This document shows positions 11,856 to 23,000 of a stretch of 64,000 bases of DNA, piece by piece. The position numbers were made by a program, and so were the translations under genes. A model generated the notes under the pieces. It ran no database searches, was not told the origin of the DNA, and saw nothing but the letters and a program-made list of their open reading frames with translations. The first letter of the stretch is position 1; each line of letters begins with the position of its first letter. The stretch is from Phoronis australis. Its lineage: Eukaryota > Animalia > Phoronida. The stretch is from assembly GCA_002633005.1 (NCBI GenBank), contig NMRA01000422.1, forward strand, positions 62,001-126,000, read 5' to 3'.

Positions 11856-13932
11856 TCCACTTTATTTCCTTACAGAATAATTTTGAAAATTCTCCTTTTT
11901 CCATTTTTCAAGGGCTGATTATTCCACTGCAATTAATGCTAGTAATAATTAAACTAAATTTTTTTAATTTTTATTTTTGTGAAGAGGTTTGACAAAATAC
12001 AATCACGTGTGCTAATTAAGTGAGGATTACCTTACCGATAATACGTTGTCTTATCAGAATATGCCATGTTATTATTTGAAAGCTAATGATAACCAATTTG
12101 GTTCAGGTTTCGTATTTAGTTTCGATCGTGATGTTGGTTGTGTACATATGTTTTTTCATATGAAAGTTCGTCATGAATTGTATGATCTTGAATTCGATAT
12201 TTTCTTGTTTAAAACAGTATCACCATGGTTGCACCTTGGGGATGTTAAGGTCAAAATACATAGATGTGACTACTGCATAAACTTTCCTGATAACTTCTTC
12301 ACATTGAGCTATAGTTCTCACCTTAAATCAGGATATCACGTGTTTTGGCTAATGCTTCCTGATTGGTCAATTGTGATGTCATCAGGACGTCGTATACTCT
12401 GATTTTCGTCTTGTATTTCGTTCAAGTGAAACAGTCGACATTTTCTTTCTATAGCGTGTGATTGTAACTCTCCTTGTGTGTTATTGTAAAGTCCGAGGTC
12501 ACTGGATCATTTTTGTTTGCTCACTGCACAAAGGTTTTTTATCAATAGTTCAAGGATATTCACGGTGTGCAAGAAGGAATTTTGGTGTCCGCCATTTTGT
12601 TTTATTGATGGTTGTGACGCAGTGGCTGTTAATGGTCAGATCTGTCAAGAAAAGTAGTTTGGAGTTCTTGAAAGCTGATTGTAAGTTGCCTGAAAGTTGT
12701 GTGCACTCATTTTTTACTTAGTGGTCATTGATAAATGTGATTTGTGTGTCACATAGGTTGCATTTCATGAGAAATGTTTTGATAAGCTATCTTTTGTGAG
12801 AAGGTAAGGTGCTCAAAATGGCTGGAGTGTTCACTCAGGCAGATTTGTTGTTGCGGTACCCTTTGCAGTGTTGTGAGGAAGTAAAAACAAGAGAATGAAA
12901 GTTAGGAATGAGTTTTAATGCCTCAAGGCAACACAAAATGTTGAATCAAGTTTATATTTATAATGGCCATTGTATACCAGTGGTAAGAATTTGTAAATTG
13001 TTTACAAAGTTAAAGTGGACATTGCAAATAAAACTCAGGTTACAAGTTTAACCAAAGGCACGTTGACTTTTCTAAGTTTAAGTGGCCTTGTGTTCTTGTG
13101 TGAAAATTTGTCAATATTCAAATTGAGCACAGTGCTGTTGACCAATGACAATGTGCTTCATTCCCAAGACTGGTTTATACATCCTCACTTATTCAAGGAC
13201 CGTTGTGATGTATTGAGGCTGCCATGTGGATTCAAAAGAGACAAAAAGTCTCCACCCGCAATTGAACAATAGAATCAGCCCTGTTTATACTCATTTTTGA
13301 ACAGAAATTGTACTGAAAGTATGTTTTAGTTTGTGTTCAAAAGCCTGTTACGGAGTCCTTATTTTCCCTAGGTTGCTATGGGAGTTGTTTTTTTGGAGTC
13401 TGCACGTTTCGACCATAAAACTCCAGTACGATCAGTGTTTCGTAAACACTGTGAGTGCCGTGCACCTTTTACAGGTACTGATTATCTGTTATCCATTTGT
13501 TTTGCAATTTGATTGACATACCTTAAAGTAGTTACTGAAGCATTATTGTTGTTTTTTAAGTATTATTGTATGTTTACTTAGAAAATTGATTGTTTGTGTG
13601 CAGGCCACATAGATGGATTCTGTTGGTCTAAACAGGAGAACCCTAATATATAGTCATGAGGCTCTTCCTGAAAATGATTACAGAAGTCTGTAGGCATGTA
13701 AGCCACATTCTTCCATCATATGAGCTTGGCATTTGATCCTCCAAGTTACCGTCCACAGATAGCGCCCACAGATAGCGCCCACCATTAGTTCTGCTTGTCC
13801 GGTCATCTCGCATAACGTTCTACCAAGAAGGATCAGTGATTCTCCAGACACTGTATTGTCATCTCACTTTCAATTTGACAATCTGTATGGTGCTCATGTG
13901 TACAACTCATTTCAGAATGCTGTGTGCCTAGA

Positions 13933-14028
13933 ATGGCCGTAATGGAAGAACATGGCCACTCAAGCGATATAAACCTGGACTCCACCAGTTCGTCTATCTC
14001 AGACACCAATGTACACGTGAACAGAAAG
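13933..14028 (+). CDS. MAP3K14: NIK-like coding exon 1 (MAVMEEHGHSSD...VNRK)
   Basis: ATG in strong context (agaATGG), in-frame TGA upstream at 13876-13878, donor AAG|gtgagt. Confidence 0.75.
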
Positions 14029-17000
14029 GTGAGTACTGGCGAATACTTGACATTCAACTCTTTAGTGTTGTATGAGCACTAACTTAGGCTTGTTTCGCTT
14101 GACCTTGTTTTTAATTCTGTTGTGCAAGAGAGGCACATTTGTCAAGGATGAAATGCCGCTTGCTTCAATTACAGACATTTTGAAATATTGGAAGTGTTTG
14201 TGACTCATTTCCCACAGCACAGCAGTGACGATTGGATAGCATCGTGGTGGTAGATAATTTATATAAAATACAATAAGAAATCTCATTGAATATTTTTGAA
14301 AAAATGTATGGCGCTGTTCACCAATTACCCTATTGTCACCTTGTGGCAAGCCGTGTTTCATTACGGTGCCGCTGTATCAGAATATTGCTATTCTCTGGTG
14401 CTTATGCGGGGGGAGAGGGTTTTGGGGTGGGTTACCATGGATGACATGCAATATTCAACATGCAGTGTCCAGACAAGCAATTGTTCCTGTGAAAATTGCC
14501 ACAAGAATAAGATGATGTAAGCGAATGTTTACGGAGATTAAATCGTCATCACTCGACATTGCTGTGACTTTGCTCGATGCTTTGGCGGTAGTTCAGTTTG
14601 CATTGGTAATTTTTGCAAGCTGGCTCATCTCATGAGTTGGTGCAAAACATAAAAATGTCCAATCCTGTGCATACCGGAGCTCCTTTGCAGATGACAAAGT
14701 TCTTGTCACGTGCTTTATTTCATGTTTTAGTTCCTATCTGATTGCGACGGTCTCTCTGGTTGCTACGTGAAATACAAGGAGGTTATCAAAGATCGACCAA
14801 TGCCAACCAAAGGTAAATAATTCTTTTTGTTTGGCATGATTAAAATGTGAATAGAAATGAACAGTATCTGTTACTACGGTGTTCAACTTGATGCTTGCAT
14901 CTTCGACATCTGTGCATCATCAAAACTATTGTGTTGGAACTAGTGCGTAAATTTTGAAACTCAATGTATGAAAGGAGTGTGGTCTAGGGTGCGCGAGATT
15001 TCACCCTCTTGTGTAATAGAATCTCCTGTCCTGCTATCATTTGAGCCAAATTTTTCTTTGAAACTACAATTTTGATGACTTTTAGAAGCTATGCTTGTGT
15101 GTTCTTGGTGAATTTCCTCTTGACCAATAGAAATTCAGAAAATTAAAATCGACTATAGATTATTCATTAACTTTTTGTGTCACAGTTTAATTTATGTGCT
15201 TTTAATTGAAAATATAATGAAAGGAGTCTGAGAATTGTTTCGGTTTTGTAGAGTCGGCATCTTCAAAGACATTTGTCAGCTTGTCTGACTCAAAGACAGA
15301 AGAAAAGAAGTTTGAGCTGCCATCAGATGGCAACGATAAGCCAGCACAGGTGAGAGACAGAGAGTTACTATGTCACTGAGTGCCAGATTGTCTGTTACTT
15401 TGAAAGTTACGAATAAAGGAATCTCTGCATTGAAAAATTATGACTTAGGGACATTTTGCAAGTTTGGACGGTTGGCTTGCATTGAAATTGTCTTCTCTCA
15501 AAGTAAAAGCAAACCAAATATAGGCGAAGTGACCTGTCGCTCTCTTGACTCTAGCTACTTACAAAGTGACGAAATTATGTTCCTGTTGACAGTTTTAGGT
15601 AGTGACATAACTGGCAATCTTTCATATTAGTGTTTATAAGCTATTCTTCTCAGTTTCCAGCAGTCCTATATCATTGAAAGTAAGGAATCAAGTGTACTGT
15701 AGTTTAAGACTTAAATTACAGGATTACATGTACAAGAAATTTTCTTTAACTCATATGGTGGTCAAGTGCAAGCAGAGTTCATCGTCAGAGTACCCATAAC
15801 TGCCTGTCATGATCGGTCATTACCTGGTGAAGCGTTATTTCGTCCGTATGCTTTTGATCTATGTTACATCTAACAATTAATCACATTTTCATTTGAACTT
15901 AAAAAGCGTAACTATCCAAGTCACCATCAGATGGCAGGAACCTGTTAACAAATCTGTTCCAGGGCAAATGCAACACCGCCAGTGACAGAGACGGTAATCC
16001 CAAACACAGTTCCTATGCCAGGAATGGGAAAAGTCCCTGTGGAGCTGGACCAGCTGGTGGTGGGGGTGATGGTGGTGCTGGTGGTGATGGTGACGGAAAT
16101 GGTGAGGAACAATGGCAGAAGGAAGTGCCTGCTGATGGTGTCGTTAAACCAAAGGTTAGAAAGAAGACTGAAAAAGTTGGAGGTGTAAGTATCTCAATCT
16201 GCGTTTTGTTATGGAAAATTATTGATATCTTGTGTTTTTTTTTGGACAGTTTCTACATAGTCGTTGTGTCACTTAATACATTTAATTACAATCGATTGAT
16301 AATAAAGTGTTGTGAGTGCACACAACTTAATGTCGAAACTCAGTTAGTTTGGTTCAGTGCCTGGTTATGTGGTAAACCCAAATAGGGAATCGGCTAAGTT
16401 CCCTAAACATATTTGTTTTATTCTTCAAACTCAGATACAGTTTTAATAATTACATCTTTTCATAATGCAACTAAAAACTGAACTCTTAATTCAGTCCAAA
16501 TTATTAGGGGCGTTGCATGAAAAGATCTGTACTTATTTTCAATAATATTGAGAATTCAGTGTAGAGTTCGCTCTCGATTTGTATCAAAGCCAAAAATTGA
16601 CTTAGTAAGACAGTCAGCGTCTTCACGAGCTCGCTAATGCACAGTAGATTTAGAAAACTTTATTAAATCCCTATTTGGGACTGTTTCATGCAACTGGGCA
16701 CAGTAGTCCATAATGACAGACCATTGCAAAGACAAAGAAAAACTGTTGAAGTGATGTTGCGTTAGTGCACTGTTTTCCCAGCTTCCCTCGTTGCAGCATG
16801 CTTTTCGTCGTTGAAATTGTACCATGATACCATTCCACTGTGGCTGGTTTACAAGGAATGGCCGAGTTGTTGAACAGAAATGAATCCAATGCTGTGCACG
16901 AGTGTTCTTGTTTATTTTTAGGATGTTTCTGAGGATCATGAAGATGTTGACGTCGACACAGCTGCTGACTTTTTGGGCCGGGTGAGTGTGTAGTCTGTTT

Positions 17001-20000
17001 GAAGTCCCCATTTTGGGTCACTTTTGCTATTATTTTTATTATTTAAACTAGGCAAAGTTGTGAATGTGATAATGGAATGAAAAGAGTAATTGGTGATGAA
17101 AGATTGCTGCCTTGCTTGTACTTTTGTACATTAATTTTGTTGATATGGTTTCGTAAAAGATTTCATTCTATCTTAAGTTAGTTGTTGGTATTGCTATAAA
17201 GATGTGTCCTGTTGGTTGTCACAGGGAGGTTATCAAGTCAGTCCATTTCTTTCAACAATAGTGAGCTGGGTTTCATACTTATGTCGGGTTGAGATGTAGG
17301 ATTTTTGAATAATGTTAGGTAGGGCTTCTGGTGGAAAGTAAGGTCAGCCGTGAGCATTCACTAACACATCCCTCCTGCCATCTTATGAATAATTAAAGTA
17401 TCATCTCTGTGCTAAATGCTAAATAGTCAGGCGCGATTACCATGGGCAAACTTGGTAGGTGTGAAAGTTTTGTCTGACAGTGGAGCAGATACGCAATCTG
17501 CTTTCTCATCAGGCAGCATGAAGTTTCATGGTTTACCAAACTTTCGTGTTCTAAATGAGCTTGTTTTTTTAATGTTTGTTGTGAATCGTTTATTTCAGTT
17601 GACGGAGAATGACCGCGACATCAGCTGCCTGAAAAAGCTCGAGTTATGCGTGCGTAATATCATCCAGGACAAACAGTCAGCACTTTCCTGTTTCCTTTGT
17701 ATGCTCTTACTCAACCTACTGGAGCACTGGTGTAAATGCCAGGGTTGTGGGGAGTGTTCCAAAATTTCCATCGTCATCAGTTACCATGTCCAGAACTGCG
17801 TGTTAGCCAATGGATTCACATGTGTCTTTTGTCAACGGTTGAATATGCGCTGGGTGTCTACACCTGGGACCGAGTTTATGACTGCGCTAGCCAAGTTTCT
17901 CGGGTTAGCCTTGCCAGACCAGTACATGGAACTGGTACAAGAGTTCAGTCAACTATCCTTGACGGAGAGCACGGAATCAAGAAGGCTGTCCAGTGACAGG
18001 CCAAGGTCACTTGCTTCAATACCAGAAGGGGACAGGGCTTCGTTTACCCAAGAGCCTACGCTACAGCAGGCCGTGTCCGAATCCATGAGTAGTAGGCGGA
18101 GGCGCTCCACCGCACAACGCCCTCAATCCTTGACCACCACTGAAAGAGTATGGAGGGGCGCAATATGTGTTGACTATGGCAATGTTGCACACTTGAATAG
18201 AGTGGCTTGTCATTGGGCCTGTCTTAGGACTATGGCGATGAATGGGACACGATTGGAAGAGTGCCACAATGGAATCGTACTGATGTCACACAAAGAGGTC
18301 AGTTCCATTTTGTGCACCTGATGCTCTTTATTTGTAGGCTCTGTTGATCTTCTGCTTAGCCTCGGGGAGAAATTCTTGCTGGTGGCTCTGGGACTTTTTC
18401 ATGAAAAGAGATATTTTTAAGACTTTGGGCCAAAAATTTTTCTAAGTTAAGATGGAATATCGGGCTAGGTTAGGCCTGAAGACAAAACAAAAAACGTTCC
18501 ACAAACACGAAGTCTGTTTTTTTTTGCCTTTGATTTTGAAGTTGACAGAAATCATGTCAGGTTTTGACAAAGGCGATCCTGCCACCTCCTTGTCTGTTAA
18601 AGGATGGGTTAAAAGACTTGTTGTCCATCACTTAACAGACATTGAGGTGGTAGGTTCACTTTGTCCACCGCATGAAAACGTGCTGTGCATCGTATCTCGC
18701 CTAGAACACAGCCAGAAGCTTCACCTGTCCTGCCAGTAGAACCATTCAACCATTTTTAAAAGGGAGCGTGACACTCCAGAGAGTTTTAGGATGTTTTTTT
18801 TTTTTGGTACGACACAGTCCAACTGAACTGGTTCAGTTGGTTCGACTATGATCTTTCCTGGATGGGTGAAGAGTTATGTTTCAAGAAGTGGGTCTTGTAT
18901 TCTTCCTTGCCATGAATGGATGCCATTTCTGTTACCAACTGATTCAGAATTTTTGAGAGTCACCGTTGGTTTAAATGTTTCAGTCGGTAACGAAAATGGA
19001 GACCAGTTATAGTATTTTAGAGTAAATGGTCTGACTCAGTTTTTGTTTTTAGTCATCTTTATGGTGTAAAATACGACAGTTCAACATTTTATTAATAATT
19101 TATAAACTTTCCATTTTGCAGCAGACGTATGTTAGTTTTGTATTTATTGAGTTAATTCAAGAGGAAAATTTAGAAGTTTCTTCTCTCAGCTATTCATTTG
19201 AAACTGCTGCTTTCCTGTTGATTTTATCACCATTCAGATATTGGCTGTTTTTTCCATTTGCATTTATTACTAATTGTGGAATGCTGTTTTAGAACATCAT
19301 TCTGGGTGAATCAGCTGGTGGTCTGTCAGCACAGTACCAGTGTGGCACCAACTACAGGAAGCTGCGCGTACTTGGCAATGGTACCTCTGGAGTCTGTTAT
19401 CTCTGCAAGGACTTGTCGTCAGGGTTCTCGTTCTGCCTGAAAGAGGTAATACGACTTTTTATGCTAAAGGTTTCCGACTTCCTGTTCTCAGCTTAAAGGG
19501 TGAGCCCTGGGCCCGGTCTCCAATCTCCGTACTCAGACTCGAATCATGCTCAAACTCACACTTCATACTCAACTCGAGTACAGACTCAGCTTTGGTGTAT
19601 TCAATGTCATACTCGAAAAATCTGTACTCGAAATTTCGAGCACGTACTCAGTTTTCGAGTGTACTCGAACTGAAGTGTATCTCATCTATATTTCGAGTAC
19701 GATTTTGAGTAAAAATTNTACCTCTACAATTCCTGGCAACAGGCGCATTGTAATCCCTTGTCGGCGAGTCATAACAAGCGTCGAAAGCAGTTGTGGGAAA
19801 AGTCGTGTGAGAAGTTTGTGTTGCCCTTATTTCGGTATGTGTGCCTACGTTTTGTAGGGTTTCCAAAAGACGAGGTACATTTATCATCATAACTTAGTCA
19901 TCTATAATTCCTCAATACACAAACGGAATTCCAGATTTTGTTTGCCGATTTCTAAGTAGACGTCTCGTCCCGTTCACTGCCACTGGTGAACTCTGAATGC

Positions 20001-23000
20001 CTGCACAAGTATTGTTTTTTAACTCACGTGCCAAATGTCAACTCACTTGATACATCCCAGTAAAATACAAAGATACAGTATCAAAGTTTGACATCAGCTT
20101 AGGCCTACACAGCAATGGGTTTTATGTCAAGACTAAATTAGCAACAGAGATGTGATGTGATAAGCTGTTACATATTTCTTAAGACATTTTCGGGACTGGG
20201 TGAGGAACTCAAGAAGTAAAGCTTGATAATTGCCAAGTGTATCAAAGAAATGGCATAAGAATATTTATTGAAACTAAAAAATCAATAACAGTTACAGAAC
20301 ACTCCAAATTCCACGTTATAGACATACTCTTGTAGTTGTAGCGACAGCAGACGATAATGTAGGCCTAGTTCTTGGGGTGGTCTATTCCAATAGGGAGCGA
20401 TGAATCAGCGCGGCTTTGCGTGATTTTGCATTTCACATCATAAAGAGTTCCATAGCAACTCGGAGTATGAGTGTCAGATTTGAGTACGTTTGGAGTCTAC
20501 TCGAAATCCGACATTAGATACGCTTTTTTGAGTACGACTCCAGTGAGCACGATTTTGAGTATGAAATCTCGAGTATGAGTATGAGTCTGAGTACGGAGAT
20601 TGGAGACCGGGCCCTGAATTTGTTCAAGTTTTTCTGGTAGTTTTAATGTCCATATCTTGTAAATAAGTATGCTACTGCCAGACAAGACTTTGCGTTATTT
20701 TGTTTTGACAAGTGATGATATGTGCTGTTCATTGCTGTTGATTGTAACAAGGGCAAAAAGGATGGTTTATGCCCAAACCATGACTCGTGAGATCTTGGGC
20801 CTGTTTCATCGAAAGTGACTTTTAAGTCTTAAAAGACTTATAACATAAAAATTTGGTGTTATGCTCCCAAGAAATTATGAGCAAACAAAACTTTAGAAAT
20901 AATTAACATAATTTCTGTATTTTTAACTAGCAGTTTTGTGTGTACATTCTCAGAGTCTTTACCCTTTTGTTCAAGAGAGATTTAAATATTTTTCTAAGCA
21001 GTTGTGTCGAGCTTATGACCTAATTTTTTACTTAAGTCCATTTTCATGCAACAAACCCCCTGCTCATCATTGCTTAGTAAAATTGCATCCACCTACACCA
21101 ATCTCGGCCTATGTCTAGAATGTTTTTTCAAAAAATTCAAACGCATACCAGCAAGGTTTTTAAGGCCGTGGTATGCCAAGTCAGCCACGCACCACCAGGT
21201 GTCTCTCACGCGTTTGTGACACCTGCTTAGCTAGCTTTAATGAACATTACTCTCTCTAGGTGCCTCTCTCCAAGTTCAAGAAGGACGAGTTGATGGTATG
21301 GAGCCGCTTGACTCATGAGGGTGTTGTAAAGTTATTTGGTGCCGTGATGCACAACGACTCCATCCACATCATTATGGAGTACGTGGACGGGGGTACCCTG
21401 TTCCAACATGTGCAAGGTCAGCGGAAACTGAACGTCCGACAGAGCCTCATCTACCTAAAGAAGATTCTGGAGGTGTTGGACTATCTTATGGAAATGAATG
21501 TGGTGCACAGAGACCTGAAAGGTAACCACACACTCTGATAAAAGTTATAATTAGTAGTAACAATAGGTAGTAATGGAAGTGTTACAGGGATTCAACCACT
21601 ATTTCTTGACATGGAATCAGACTGGATTCCTAGGACAGTGATCCTATTAGATGATGACTGATGTAGTACAGGTGATAATTCAAGCCAAAGCCCACATTAA
21701 ATTTGTTACACGAAGGGCAAGGTTCGGTTACCCCATTCCCTGTCAACACAATATCCAGCTGGCTGGGCTGCCGACAGACCCATAGTTTTATGACATAACG
21801 AGGTGTAATTAAGTATTGCGTTAGGTGACCCAGCATCCCAAGCAGCAGGACTTAATTCAGCGGGCTATTGTGATCACATCTACAATAAACTCCAATGGTT
21901 GGACAATCACCATCTGACATTCAATCTTTACAAGTTCCTCATATGTGTGCAAATCTCAGTCTGGTACTGCTAAAAAAGTTTTTAGAAGTCAAGTGAGCGG
22001 GACAAAGTTTTCTCAGTGGTAGGCAAATCTTCCTGTCACGAGTCCCCAGTCGCACCTGCCAATCGCGGCAGAGATTTACCAGTCATCAGTGGCATCTTTG
22101 CTAACCGTGTCGGAATTGAACCCTGATTCTGAAAAATAATCCAATCCCAAGGAAACCAAAACTGCAATGTTGGAGATATATTTGAACTTAGACACTTTCA
22201 AAAATATTTCAAAATAATGCTTGTTGGTTACGATGCCTTTCCTGTTGACCAAGGGTTTTAAGTAAACCTAACCGTTTGGAGTTATGATAGCAAGACAGAC
22301 AGACAGAGTGTAGTTCACTGGATTTACTTGAAATTTTCAATGACTGTCACTAATAATGTATGCTCAAACCAAAATTATGAACTGTTGCTTCTAAGGGGAA
22401 CAACACAAGACGATGTATTCACTAAAATGTGGGCGTCATTTTTTTGTTATTGCAGCCGAGAATATAATGTTGTCTGGTGGCAACCTGCGACTAGCAGTAA
22501 CGGACTTTGGCACTGCGTCTTTTCTACAAGATGACCAACTGCTTAAAAAGCGAGTTGGCACGCCAACGCACCATCCTCCGGAGGTCTATAAGTCCGATGG
22601 TCATGGTTTTCCTGTGGACATTTGGGCGGCCACTTGCATCTTTGTGCACATGCTGACTGGCTCCCCACCATGGCTATGGCGTTATGAAGGCATTGTCGGC
22701 ACATTGGCATTTAAGGTATGAAGACTTAGTATTAATGAACAGCAAATTTTATAACCTGCAAAGCATTTTTTAAATTTGTGATGATCTTAAATGTGTTGTA
22801 TGTGCTTGAAAGCAATGTATACCGTATTGCCACGCCATTAAGCCCATGTGCGCATGTGAAAAAACTGCCCGAAGAAGGCATTATTTCGGATATAGGCTTA
22901 AAGGCCCAGCAATAAGGCATTCTTTGGGAAGAGTTAATGTTTATTTAGGATCAATGTTTTGTAAACATTATGGTGACAGTTAGAAAGTGGCTTTCTAGGC

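Noticed and set aside
13942-13944. Second ATG (MEEH) as the kinase start
   Set aside because: An in-frame ATG 9 nt upstream has strong context and gives the NIK-like MAVME; leaky use of the second ATG is still possible
17416-17598. ORF-track start of the 301-aa ORF as an independent gene
   Set aside because: The 5' part is intron-like and ends in a clear acceptor at 17598; the rest splices in phase into the kinase
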